The translations under genes and the position numbers were made by a program. Shown piece after piece: positions 1 to 12,490 of a stretch of DNA of 64,000 nt. The DNA comes from Tricharina praecox (lineage: Eukaryota), in contig NW_026250409.1 in NCBI RefSeq assembly GCF_024521635.1, positions 1,054,001-1,118,000 on the forward strand, given 5' to 3'. Numbering within the stretch: the stretch's first letter is position 1; every line of letters starts with the position of its first letter. Below the pieces are notes generated by a model that was not told the origin of the DNA, made no database searches, and saw nothing but the letters and a program-made list of their open reading frames with translations.

Positions 1-2052
1 GGATCTTGAGCGCAGGCCAACCAAATGTTCGGATTTCTTGCTCCGCGATTACTGCCTTGGTCCAGACTGACGTTTGTGGCATCAAGACACCAGTGGAAAC
101 GGCCCGCTGCTGTTCCTCCTCTTTCACCTTCTTCTCGTCGCCCAGGCCAGCAAGACATCCGTACGCCCGACAGAGCTCTTCGAGCATTTCCATAATTCCG
201 CTCTCTACATCACCTTCCCCAAGGTCCAAGGGTGAACCGCTTCCACCACTCAGGGCGCTTAATCCGGCTGCGGGATGAATACCCATCTCGGCAGCACCAA
301 CAACTCGGGCTTGTATCAATCCGGGAATCAGGATCTTAAGCAGTTCCCTCGTGACAAACGCCTTTCGTCGCTTCATCCCTATGGCTCCATGGATGCTCGC
401 GATGCCACTCAACACCTTTGTCGCCTCCAGCACCGTCATAATTTCCACTGGCTGTGGATACGCCTGCATCGTAACTTCCGAGATTTCAACACGGGAGGGA
501 ATATTCTTCTTGGAACCTTTATGTGATATCGGTTTGCTCGACACAATGTGAGCGATGGCGTCTTTGGCCACTCCATTTGCAACGTACTGTGATGTGAGCG
601 CTTTCGCGTGTCGGAGGATCGTCTCGCAGAAGGATATGTTGGGTATCGATTCTCCAGGGAAGTTTGCAGCTCGTTGGTATAATTTGATGATGCTCTTATG
701 CAGCTCAGGGAGGAGATCCAGCACTTGGTGTGCCGATGGGGAGTCACCTGTCGATTGTGGGACCGGCGTGGATGGTTTGTTGGATGGTGTCGACGTCTTT
801 GATTTGCTGCCATCGATTGAAGGGAATGGAATTGCGGGAATCTAAAAGAAAATAAACATTCGCTCCATATCAAGCTGTAGTGGGCTGAAGCGACCTGAAA
901 TGTAACACCAAGATACGCAAGAACAACCAGGCAGATGCCAATCCCTTCCAGGGCCTTAGCATGCCATAGGTGGTCGCTGCTCCCTCTACAAACATCGGCA
1001 CCATCGAGAAACCTGTTTACACCCTCCTTATTAACGAAGGATATCCAGGGTTTCGGCGATGACGACTCACTCTTTCATGGCATCTGGAACTCGCCCTGCG
1101 ATTAGGTATAGTTGCGCCACCGCGATCTGAACACGGCCTTTGCCCTTGCTCCGTGATCTCTCGCTCTGGCTACCACCGCCGCCACCAAAACCAGTCATCG
1201 TCTTCCGCTTGTTTGCAGCCAAATCCCCAGGAATAGGCGCTAGTGTCCCGCCGCTGGGCACACTGTTCCGGCGGCCTCCGTTTTCTCCGTTGCTTGGTTT
1301 TTCGACTAGCGGCGAATCAAGGCTCGGCTGTGCTTGTAGCGACCTTGCGACGCCGCACATCTCCGACAGAACCGGCGCGGTAATATCGCACATCAACGTC
1401 CGCATCGATGAAACCTTGGACTCTCGCTTTGTAGGAACAGTAAAGAAACGTGGATGGCCAGCCGGCTTCAGTTTCTCGTGCTCGGTCGCCTCTGGGGGCG
1501 CATCGAATATCAGGCAAACATGGTACAAGGAATCAGGATACTACTCCGTTCGGCGGGTTAAGTTCACATCACACGGGACAGCCAGTAAGCCAACGCACGG
1601 GGGTGTGCTCACGAGCGACTTCATATCCTCTAGCTGCGCCGACAGCACCTCCGGATCACACCCCTCTTCGTAGTCCGCAACCCCAATCACCACGAACGTC
1701 CGCCGGTACTGCTCAAACACCTCGAGGTAGTTGTGCTCGCGGTCAACCGAGGTGGTCAGGTCCCACACTATCTGGCCGTCGGGAAAGCCTTGGGGATTGA
1801 ACATAGCTGCAGACACACCCGGGTAGCAACGTCAGCGGGTAGTCACTTCTGGCGGAAGTCGGAAATCGTGCCGGCGGGTGACATACTCCGGTTGGGCTGC
1901 GTGTCGGGAGTGATATCCCCCAGTCGCACGACATTGGATGCCTGCAAGCGGCCAGCGAACGACGAAAATCGCGAGCGTCGTATCCGGCCGAGGGGACATA
2001 ATAATGCTCGCAGTCTAGCTGGTGCAGTGAAAGATAGCGAGTCGAGAGTCAT
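1..2052 (-). CDS. TRS120: TRAPPII complex subunit Trs120 (3'-truncated by window edge); exons 2052-1887, 1806-1613, 1540-1071, 1012-895, 841-<1
   Basis: Spliced translation MTLDSLSFTAPARLRALLCPLGRIRRSRF..VRLGDITPD..NRTMFNPQGFPDGQI..FEQYRRTFVVIGVAD..KGRVQIAVAQLYLIAGR..DHLWHAKALEGIGICL matches the fungal Trs120 N-terminus. All four introns have GT..AG ends and keep the frame. Confidence 0.9.
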
Positions 2053-2578
2053 AACTGGCAACAGTAGTCCGTGCTGTGAGGAAATGGAGGTTCAATTAGG
2101 GGAGATGTAGTGGAAAGCTACACCGTGGTTAATTCAGACGAAAGGTATCAAATTTGAAGGGCACATGAAACGGTGAAGCAAAACCGCGACGAAGAAACAA
2201 AGCCGGTTTTCGATGGATGGGAGGATGGATTGGTGGAGTGGTCGCGAGGTCGTTTGTTCGTCCGATTCTTTGTACAGTGCTAGAGCTCTCTCCCGCTCAA
2301 GGTCAAGGTTCAGGTTGCTGCCACTCACGCGAAAGCAAGGGCCATGCTGCATCAGAGTTTACCCGGCGGGAGGGAATAGAAGCTAAGCGAGTGGCCCGTG
2401 CGCGGGCCGAGTGAGATTATGTGGACAGTCGCCTCGGCTTAGGGCCTCGTGAGGACATTGTCCGGTATTCTTCGGGGAAGCTCGCAGTCCTAAGTCTCGC
2501 GCAATTCCCGGCCAAGAAAACCAGATGTAATTCCTTGGCTACACCACACCTTATCTCTACATTAGCGCAGCTTTGCCC

Positions 2579-3307
2579 TCAGCCCGCCGCTGTCGTTGCC
2601 GCTGCTGCCGCCTTCTTCGCCTTCTCTCTAGCCCTCCTCTTCAACGCTTTTTCTCGGTTCTTCCTGATCCTCTCCTCGTCCTCCGCTTTCGCTCTTTCCT
2701 CCGGTGTCATCCCCACGAACTTGTTCCGATCTGCCTGACTCTTCCTCCTCCGCTCCTCCTTCTCCAATTCCGCCTTTTTCGCGATCCTAGTCTTAATCCT
2801 CTTCTTCTTCCCTGGCCTCTTCCGTCTTCCCTCTTTCATCTCGGTCTCTGGTACGTCGGCGGTAGATATATGTGTGACTTTCCATTCAACCTTCACCGCC
2901 TTCGCAGGCCACTGCTTCTTCGCGTCTTTGAGGATATCGATGCCGGAAACGACACTCATCGCGACCTTCTTTCGGCGCTCTTCGAGCTCAGATGGGGTGA
3001 TGAGCCAGTGGCCCAGTGGCCGCTTCCGACTGTGTGCAACGGCATCCCAGACGTCTTCCTCGGCGGGTGGAGGGGTGGGCGAGCGTAGTTTCAACCGCTG
3101 GGGAGCAGCGCCGGAGAAGAGGGAGAAGTCGAGTTCGAGATCCTCGTCGACACTTTCTGTCGCTACAGCTTCTTTGTGTGATGTGGAAGTGATGTATTCG
3201 AGATCTAGATAGAGGGCCTCGGTTGGGACGGTAGGAGGATTCACCTCAGTGTCGGAATCATCGAGATCGGCGCGGCGGATCCGCTTCGTTTCTGGTTCGT
3301 CAAACAT
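2579..3307 (-). CDS. Conserved fungal protein, DUF2011-like, Lys/Arg-rich C-terminus (possibly nucleolar)
   Basis: Intronless 242-aa ORF. MFDEPETKRIRRADL N-terminus, FSLFS motif and RRKRPGKKKRI basic motif recall DUF2011 proteins. Confidence 0.65.
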   Translation of the reverse strand: MFDEPETKRIRRADLDDSDTEVNPPTVPTEALYLDLEYITSTSHKEAVATESVDEDLELDFSLFSGAAPQRLKLRSPTPPPAEEDVWDAVAHSRKRPLGHWLITPSELEERRKKVAMSVVSGIDILKDAKKQWPAKAVKVEWKVTHISTADVPETEMKEGRRKRPGKKKRIKTRIAKKAELEKEERRRKSQADRNKFVGMTPEERAKAEDEERIRKNREKALKRRAREKAKKAAAAATTAAG

Positions 3308-3548
3308 GCTGCTGTCTGGTTGCTTGGTACGAGGTGAGGTGCAAATTGAGTTCCTGAGGGCTATAGTTAGCGTGCTGGCAAATCCTGGTCATTTCTGATC
3401 CTCGGTCCCACACACAAAAGCATGCGGCCGGCCCTAGAGCCCCACCACGATGCCGCGCCCTCCTCCTCCGCGCCCATAGCATATCTAGACCGGCTCCCCC
3501 CTCCATCACTCCTACGTGACCCGAGCTCCCGCCCGAGCCCCCGCCACA

Positions 3549-4490
3549 ATGCCGCGCCTATCTCCCCATCTCCTCATCCGTGCCCGCCGCATAGACCCGC
3601 TCCTCGCATCCCTCCTGCGCGTAACGAGAACACTCGATAGTGCCACCACCGAGCTGCGCTGGCTCAGGGCGCACGCCGCGACGACCGCAACTGCGACGGA
3701 CAGCGCAGCGGCCACACTCCGCAGCTACGTCTACCGGCGCTCCATACTCGCCGAGCCACTACAATACATTCTCGGCGACCAGCCGTTCGGGCCTACTTCG
3801 ATGCTGTGTCGGCGCGGGGTCCTCATCCCGCGGGCCGAGACCGAAGAGTCCGCGTCTCACCTTGCCGGGCTATTACCACGCGGCTCGAAGGTGGTGGATC
3901 TGTGCACAGGCAGTGGATGTATCTCGCTTCTCCTCGCGGCGGAAACGGACGTGTCAGTAGTCGGCGTGGACTTCTCGCACCATGCACTGCGATTGTCGAT
4001 GGAGAATCTGCAGCACAATGCCGACGTCATACGGCCGGCGTCGCAGGTGAAGTTCATGGAGGGAGATGTCTTAGCACAGGACGAGGACGAGTTGCTGTAT
4101 TCCATCCATGCGTGCTTCGACGAAATGGTGCCCGAGTATACCAACGTCGATGTGGTTGTGTCTAATCCGCCGTATATCTCGGCTGACGGGTATGCACGTG
4201 AGACGGCAAGGAGCGTGAGAAATTGGGAGCCAAGAGTTGCCCTGGAGGCCGCTGATCACGGTGATGTGTTTTATCCCCGGATCGGGGAAATCGCGTGGAA
4301 TTTGGGTGCCCGCGCGGTTGTGGCAGAGGTTGGCGGCTGGTCTCAGGCTGAGAGGGTGAGGGCTATCTGGGAGGAGATGGGATGGGAGGGGAGCGCGATA
4401 TGGAAAGACTTCGCTGGGAGGGGGAGGACAGTGGTGGCATGGCGCGAGGGCGGTGAGTGGATCGCGGAGGGGCCGAACCCCCCCACGTGA
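3549..4490 (+). CDS. MTQ1: HemK/PrmC-family N5-glutamine methyltransferase (mitochondrial release factor methylase)
   Basis: EPLQYILG, GVLIPRAETE, VVDLCTGSGCI (SAM-binding) and SNPPY motifs. The Arg-rich N-terminus resembles a mitochondrial presequence. ATG at 3549. Confidence 0.9.
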   Translation: MPRLSPHLLIRARRIDPLLASLLRVTRTLDSATTELRWLRAHAATTATATDSAAATLRSYVYRRSILAEPLQYILGDQPFGPTSMLCRRGVLIPRAETEESASHLAGLLPRGSKVVDLCTGSGCISLLLAAETDVSVVGVDFSHHALRLSMENLQHNADVIRPASQVKFMEGDVLAQDEDELLYSIHACFDEMVPEYTNVDVVVSNPPYISADGYARETARSVRNWEPRVALEAADHGDVFYPRIGEIAWNLGARAVVAEVGGWSQAERVRAIWEEMGWEGSAIWKDFAGRGRTVVAWREGGEWIAEGPNPPT

Positions 4491-4646
4491 TGCGTGAACG
4501 AGAGTTGCGCAATTGAAGAGTGCTAGAAATCCGTTCATTGATCATTCCCTCGCAATCCGCAGCGACGACAGTAAATCATATCTATACGCAAAAGCCAAAG
4601 TACCGAGGCCGAGCCGTTTTGTACCCAAACCGCAACACACAACGCC

Positions 4647-5120
4647 CTACACCAGCAGCGTCTCCTCCCTCGCCTCGGCTTTCGGCTGCTCCACCACCAC
4701 CACCGCCGTAGTCTCCGCGCCTCGCACTCGCGCTACCGCCAGCTCCTCCGCATGCTCGCCGTCATCATCGCGATAAACCCCGAATCCCTCCTCTAAATCC
4801 CTGCCCAAGCGCGCACTATCGCTCCACTCCCTCGGATCCTCGTCAAAGTCGTCGCTCGGCAGTCTAACATGCCCCCTCCGTCGACGGTTCGACAGATGCT
4901 GCGAGATGGCACTGGGCAGGTGTTGCAGCGGGAAGATGTTGTGGCGCACGAGCACGGGCCGCACCCAGAGACGGTAGGTCAGCACCAGTGTCGTGGACGC
5001 TAGGATCGTCAGGACGAGAGTCTGATTCGTTTGTCAGCAGGAGGAGGAGGAGGAGGAGGGCGCGCAGCGGCGGAGGTGGTCTGTTCTCACAAATACGAAG
5101 TTGGCGAGTTGGGACACCAT
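4647..5120 (-). CDS. Small hypothetical single-pass membrane protein (~134 aa); exons 5120-5091, 5021-4647
   Basis: MVSQLANFVF, then a GTGAGA..GCTGAC..CAG intron, then TLVLTILASTTLVLTYRLW (hydrophobic segment). The tail is acidic and contains RLGRDLEEGF. The frame is conserved across the intron. Confidence 0.6.
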
Positions 5121-6071
5121 GATGTGACGAGTGATCGTGGATATTGTTGTGAAGTCGTAGTGGTAGTAGTGGTGGTGTTGGCCGTTGTGACCGAGGTGAC
5201 GTTGCAGAAGTTGCGAAGCTCACTCGCTGCACATGCGGATGCAAGGAGGTCTTGGCGCTGTTACGCGATCACCGGGTTGTACTCGGTAGCGGACTGGGGA
5301 AGCGATCTACAGTTTCCGCAAAAATAGGAGCTGGCAGGAAAGGATGGGTTTGTGCGATGTGGTCGCCATAGTCTATGTAGACAAGGCCGTAAGTGACAGC
5401 AAGTTGATGTTCCCTCTCTCTCAGAAACAGAACGCCAGCGACGACGCTTTCTTTTCAAAAGCAAAGCCCATTCGCACAGTTCTTTGGGCTCCTTCAGTCT
5501 GATGAATAGCTACAACCGAGTCCCATAGAGTACCGGGATATATGCTGCCACCGGGGCTCAATCACTCGTCTTTTGACTAGTGCTTTGCCTTGGTTTCACT
5601 CTCGGAGTGACAATAACCCATTGAATCTCCACCTACTCCAAAATTTCCTATGCATACCTCATACTTCTAAGTTTAGAAATGGGGCTTGATGACTGATGAG
5701 GGAGTGGATTTACCACCCTCCTACACCAAGTTTCCGACATGCCCAGAGGCTGGCAGTGTACGCAGCACGCATCCAATAGGCACTTGGTGAAAGACAGCCT
5801 CCTGGTCCAGGGGCCGTCACATAAACATTGGAAGATCCAATCCATATTGCATAATTTGCATAACTCGCATCGCACGTAACAACGTGCATCTAGCCATCCC
5901 AGAGCCCACACCCACCCACCCACCCAATAATTACATTCTCTCATCCATCATCCAGCGTAAACATCATCAATAAAAAAAAACACAAGGAAAAGAAAAAGGA
6001 AAAACGTAAGGAAAAAATAATAATTTTACAAGCGAAGCGGCCACACCCGTCCCAAGAAGCACCAACTACTA

Positions 6072-9000
6072 CTACTGCTGCCCCGGAATAACCTCAACGT
6101 ACCGATTGGCACCCTTCCGACCCTTCCTGCCACCACTAGGAGTTCCGCGACGAGCCGTCGGCGGGCCAAGTAGCTCGTCCATCATGTCTCCCCCAGAGGT
6201 GGAGGGTCGACTGATCGGGGGCCTGTCAAGGCTGGGCGCTGGGCTGGGAGTTAGACCTCTAGGCAGGCCCATAGGTGGTGCCAGGCCGCCGGAGGATGGA
6301 GGTGGCGCACTCGCGGGCGGGCCTGGTGGTGGTGGCTGATTGGAGGTTGGAGTAGGAGGCTTGGATGCGGACGGTGGTGGGGTAGGGGCTCCGGTGGAAG
6401 TTGCAGCAGTAGCTGGTGTAGGTCTTCGTGGAGGAGGTGTCGCTTTGGCTGCCTCTGGCGCGGCTGCTCCAGCCTTCTTGTTGACCCAGCGCTTGAGCTC
6501 GGCGTCATACACGAAGGCATTCTCCTCGCCCAGTTTGGCCTTGATGGGACCAGACTGTTCGTTGGGATCCTTGCGGCCAAACCAACCGCCAAACCAACCT
6601 TTTTTGCCGCCATTCAGATCGTCTCCTGCTGTAAGCGTCAGTGATGTTCAGATGAAATGGAGAGGAATCGTACCTTTCTTGTCTTCCTCAGCCTCCTTCT
6701 TTTTCTCTTTCTCAGCCGCTTTCCTGACAGCCTCTGCACGCTGCAAGAGCTCGTCATCATCGTCATCGTCCATCATACCCTTCTTCTTCTGCTTCTTACC
6801 CCCATCATGTGCCTGATCCGCCTTTTCGCCATCAGAGTCTGGCTCGGGTTGGTAAGGGGTGTAGTCATTGCTCGGGGGTGCGTAGCCTCCACCGGAGGCG
6901 GGAGGCTCATAACCACCAGAGTTTGCGGGAGGTTCGTAGCCACCGGAGTTGCCAGAAGGTTGATATCCACTGTCTTGAGCCGGGGGCGAATACGGTGCGT
7001 ATCCCGTGTTCTGAACAGGAGTATCCGACTTCTCCGGCACCTCCGGTGTCGCTTCGAGGGAAGCCCGGGGGTTATACGCATTCGGGACTGACCCGTATGG
7101 CGTTGTCGGCTCATACGGGTTGCCATACTGGGGTGCCTGTGGCTCGTATGGGTTCGAATTGGGCTCATAGGGGTTGCCGTTCATGGCTGGCGCACGGTAG
7201 CTCTCCGAGCTTGTACGACGGACAGCCGGCGGTTCATAGGAGTTTGGCCGGGCGCCCTCCATCGAGCTCCGAGCGGTTGCAGTGGATGGTGCGTATCTGC
7301 TTGCAGCTGTGTTCGTCCTGGTTGTTGTTGGGGAGTTGTTTCCCTGTACAGGAGGCGCGTACATTGCTGTAGGAGCACCGCCGCCATACATTCCGTAAAG
7401 ATCGACACTAGACTGCTCCCTGCTAACACTGGGTGTAATCTTGCCGAAAGGCCCCTCAGCCTCCGTCTGCAGACCGCTCGCAACCCCTGCCGCCTCATCG
7501 TTGCCAGAGACGAACTTGTTAAATGCGCCCCACATGGAAGACGACACAGCATCCGAAGTGAGCTTGGGGATCCAGCCGGTGCCATTAGCGGTTGACAAGC
7601 CGTCCCTGGGAGCCTCCTGCAACCTCTTCGTAAAGTCTTCGAGGACATGGCCAAAGGACTGGTTGAAGTATGGGCTAGGCTTGTTCCACGCTTTGACTGC
7701 GGCAGCAACAGAGTCACAGTACTTCTCCGCTGCTCTCTTGTTGCCATTTTCCGCAAGGATGATTGCGTGGTGGATCTTCCACGACTGTAGATGCGGATAT
7801 ATCGGTGTGGCAGTGCTCGCATGAGGCGTGAGAGAAACGGCAAGCTCGTATATCTCGCTGAGAAGAATCGTATCAAGATCTCTTCCCAGTTCCGCCTTTG
7901 ATCGATGGTTGGCACCAAGCAAGCAGAAATCGGTCGTCGGATCGTCAGGACCGCCAAACAGAGCACCCCCGCCACCAAGCGGAGATTGGCGGGCAAAAAT
8001 AAAGCTAGGCATCCATCAACAGTGATTCCAACTCAATATTTGAAGTGGACCTACCAGATATGAGCAGCCGCGGTCCAATTGTAACTAGCCAGCAGCCGTC
8101 CAAGCGCCAAAATACTCGCTTGATCGCCAGGGCTCCGGTTGCTGAGAATGAGAGCCAATGACTCCTTCCACTTTTCAAGCCTATCCTCAAGACTCTGCTC
8201 CTGTTCGTGGGAGCTAGAAAGCATAGGCACTCCGGACCGTGCACTCAAAGGAACAAGCTCATTAACGCTCTCCTCCCAGTTTCCAGCAAGCGTCGCATAC
8301 AGGACTGCCAGTGTCTCGGATCCTTCGCCTAGTGTTTTGACCTCATTCTTGACGAATTCTTCAACAACACGCTTCCATAGATCCTTCCCGACGGTGCCCG
8401 ATATCAGGAGGGCATGGGCCCAGAGTCTCTTATCAGCTGCAAACCACACTGCGCCTTCGCGGTCACCGGTAAGCAGCTTCTTCCGGAATTCCTTCAGCGC
8501 TTCAGGGTCAACGGTTTCCGCGTTCGCGGGGCGCATCGTCGGGATTCCGGTCATTGGTACGAAGCCAATGTTTTCTCCACCCTCGATCGACTGGGCTATA
8601 TCGGGGGTAAGAACGCCGCGCACTGCTGCGTCTATCTCGGGAGTCCCCTCGATGTGGCCATCATGCTCAATCATGATCCGCACAATCTTCCACAACATGC
8701 ATTTCTCATCCGCTGCTCGCCTCTCCGTGGGGTCATAGATATCCATCTGAGTCCTCTCAAACCCCTCGATTCTAGAATCCATGTATGTGATCACCTCCTT
8801 TTTCTTCGCCTTGTTCATGGACTTAGTACCGGTCCATACTGGTCCAGGGAAGCTGTCAATAGTCTCCGGGAGAGAGATCAAATCCTTAAGTAGCCGAACG
8901 TTGACCGCGCCGGGAGAGCACTTAATTGCAGCACTGTGCAACCCACTGGCAAAGCGAGTCGTCCGGATAGGAAACATTGTAGTCACAGTTCCTCCCAGAC

Positions 9001-12000
9001 CCCAAGTGAACACGGGCGCACCCTGCCACCTGCTCAAGGGATCCTCGGCGGTGTAGTCATTTGGAGGAATAAAATTAACCTGCATCGACTCCTTTCGGGG
9101 GTAGAACGGCTGTTGCTTCGATTGGTTACCTTGGGACGCGTAATCTTCAGGGACCATAGAATGTGCGAGCGCAGAAGAAGGCCGTTCGTATGGATCTCTT
9201 GCTTTCTGTGCAACCCTCGGCCGGCCATAGTGGAGTCCGGGCGAGCTGGTCTGCGCTCTCGGAGGCGGTTGAAAGCTTTCGGGTGACGCAGGCCGGGAGT
9301 GTTTCTGCGGTGAGAATTGTTTATGCGCTGCACTCATTGGAGGCGACACAACACTCATCGGAGGCGATACAACACCCCTCGGTGGCGGTGTTGACGTGCT
9401 TCGCGGTGGAGGCGGGGCGAACCGATTCTGTACAGGATGCATTGGAACGTTGGATGTCCCTTGGATAATACTGTCCTCCTCTTCCTCCTTTGGAGTTTCC
9501 ATTAGGGGCGGCGATCCAGTTGCTGTTCCCGGTCTGGATGAGTGCAAGGCATGATGCTCAGCCGTAGGCCGGCGTGGTTGGGCCTCGGGAGAGTGTTTAA
9601 CGCTAGTCGGCACTGGCGGTGGTGAAATTGGTTGCGACACCGACGACGGTGTGTAACTGCCTTGCGGGTGTGCAACGGGTGGCGACGCATACGCGGAGCG
9701 AGTAGGCTGGGGAGGGCCTGATGACCGGGGTGCATATTTGCTTGCTCCTACCGGAGGTGCCATCGGTTGCGCCTGAGCTACGGGATAGGGTGGGTTTGCG
9801 GTAGGAGCGGGAGTATATTCGCCACTAGGCGCATTTGCCGGCGCATGAGTAGGGGTGTATCCACCGCCAGGCATCATAGACAGCGCAGGGCTTAGAGAAG
9901 GAGGCGCATAGACCTGTCCCTGCGGGACAGCTGGTGAATACCGATTCGTTGTGGCGGCGGGTGCTGGCGGGGGTGCGTACGCAGTTCCTCCCGTAGAGGT
10001 CTGTCTAGGAATATGAGGAGGTGCTGGCGCATATTGGCTTGGCTGCAACGACGTTTGAGGACTATGCTGAGGGCCTCGTGGGAATGGTATCTGTTGAGGG
10101 GGGTTGTACGGCCCGGTTACTGGGGGTTGTTGGGGATTGTAACTACCAGCTCTCACCATAGGCGGAGGTGCAACATGAGGCCCGCCAATGTTCGGTGCAT
10201 GTCGGCCCTGTGCACTAGCAGCCCTTGCCTTCGGTGGCGCCATGGGCAGTTCTTCGAAAAACTGTTGCTTTTGCGGGGCCACAATCTTTGGTATGGAATG
10301 ACCTAAAGGAGGCGCAGAACCAGATACGGGAGACTGTAACATAGCTCCAACACTGCTGCTCCTCACGGGCGGACCGGCCAGTCCCATAGCATTATGCACG
10401 TGGGTGAGATTGCTTTGCTTGCGTTTCAGCGTAGGTGCAATGTCCATCGGCAAGTCGTAAGGTGACTGATAACCTTCGTTTTTGTTCACGAAGCTCTGCG
10501 GTTTGATTTCCGGTTGTGCTTGAAAACGGACTGCCCCGTATGGCGTGGATGCCGGCGGTGCAAAATAAGCTGACTGAGTGTGACGAAGGGTCGGCGCCGT
10601 ACCAGCTAAATAGGCATTGGGTTGGGGGGTGTATGAATTCGATACAGGTTGCTGGCCAGGCCATTGCGGTGGCGGCTGTTGTTGGGGGACAGGCATATAT
10701 CGAGCCGCTGTCGGTGCCTGACCTACTGGAGACTGTGGTGAAACCATAGGCTGATCGTTTGGCAGAACCTCTTCGTCGTCACTTGGCAAAAATCCTTCGT
10801 CCTCATCATCCAAAAATTCGTCATCGGCTAAAGCAGCTTGCCATTTTGCGGCAACTTCGTCCTTCGGTGGTTCCTCGGTATGCGACTCTGCTGGCTCCTG
10901 ATCCTGACCCAGCTGACTGAAAAAGTCGTCTCCATCCGCTTGTGTAGGTTGTGTGAAGAGAGCCCCAGGCGAAATTTGTTGCCCTACTATCTGCTGCTGC
11001 TCTTCCGTAACCGCAGCATGCTCCTCCAGAGCTACCACCTGCTCTTCTGCCACAAGCGTTGCGGCCTGCTCTTCCGCCACCACTGTCCGTGCTTCTACTG
11101 GTGCCATCGCTTGCTCTTCCACCACTGTAACCTCCTCTTCCGCAACTCCTGGAAGCGGCTGGCTTACACCGGTAGACATGCCTGCGGCTTCATCCCCACC
11201 AAAGTGATAGGGCTGTCCAGCCATAAACTGTTCGGTACTCTTCCGCTGGAGTCCTCCTCCAAATATAGGCTCCGTTGCAACCTGATCTATGCCAGCAAAA
11301 ATCGTATCTTCGCATGAAGGAGAATCTGGCTCTGATCCAAAGAAATCTATCTCCTTCTTTGAGTCGACAATCAACTCCGCGTCCTGGACCAGTGGTAGAC
11401 CCTCTTCGTACCGTTGTTGCGTAGTATCCTGTCTCTGAAGTCCGAAAGCATCCATATTACTAGTCCCCATTGGCAGCGTCAGGGATGTATCCTGTTGATC
11501 GACCTTAGCAAAAAAGTCGTCCCCATCATCTGCAACAGCCTCCGTGCCGAAGAAACCATCTTGCTCGACTGCCGGTGAATCAAATAGCCCTCTGGTTTCC
11601 GTTGCGACTTCCGAAGCCATCATCGCCATCAAACTCTCTTCGTCCGGTTCCGCATTCGCAGGCGTGGGCACGGATGGAAACGAAGCCGATCGATCAGGCG
11701 CCTGCTTGTGCAACTGTGCGAAGGGATCAGGGCCTCCGGAAACGTGCTCTTGTAGTGACTCGGGGTCATCAAAGTTCCAGTTGAGAGTTGCTTCCTCCTT
11801 CTCTTGCTCCGGCTGTTGTTCTTCCGGTGGCGGTGATGGCGTAGTGCCAGGTGTAATCTGCGGTGGGCGTTCGTCAGACAAACTATCCTGTTGTGCAAGA
11901 GCTGTGATTGCTGCGGGGGCGGTCTCAACCTGGTCTGTAGTCGGCGGTGGCGATGTCAACGGTGATGGCGGCTCTTGTATGTGATCTTCCTGTGGTGGTG

Positions 12001-12490
12001 GTGCAACAGTCACTACAGGCGGTGTGTTCTCTCGCAGAACACCCTCCTGCAGAACCTGCTCTGCTGCGATTTGCGGATGCAGTTCAGACTCTGTGCAACT
12101 CACAACGCGATTGGTCAGCTACACGACCCACTGGAAGCTTTATTCGAGAAAGAGTGGTGAAAGGAAGGGCACAGCGCATTGGGGCGAGGAACCATGCAAC
12201 TGACCGGCATCAGGCACACCGCCGGTACTCCCGCCGTCACCGTGGCCGTAGCTGTTGTATGGCTGCTCGGCCAAGGCTGTCAGATTGACATGCGAGACTG
12301 CCCGGGAGACCGCGGGAGTGTTGGTAGATGTATGGACGCCGCAATGCGGATTCGTACAAGGCTGGGTGACGTCTTCGACGTGACAAGCGGTGGGCGCGCC
12401 AGACTCGGCCCGGGAGAGAGGCGCTGGCCGCGGTTCTGGTGGTGGTGGTAGTGTGAGTTGATCCTGTTGGGCGGAGCCGTCGTCGGACAT
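6072..12490 (-). CDS. SEC16: COPII coat assembly scaffold Sec16; exons ~12490-122xx (donor uncertain), ~12090-8055, 8004-6674, 6628-6072
   Basis: Long acidic and Pro-rich N-terminal region with YQSPYDLP. The central conserved domain reads [39 protein letters not shown]. The C-terminus reads [34 protein letters not shown]. Confidence 0.93.

Noticed and set aside
5694..5725. CTGATGA followed by a hairpin, resembling a hammerhead ribozyme core
   Set aside because: The required GAAA after stem II is absent.
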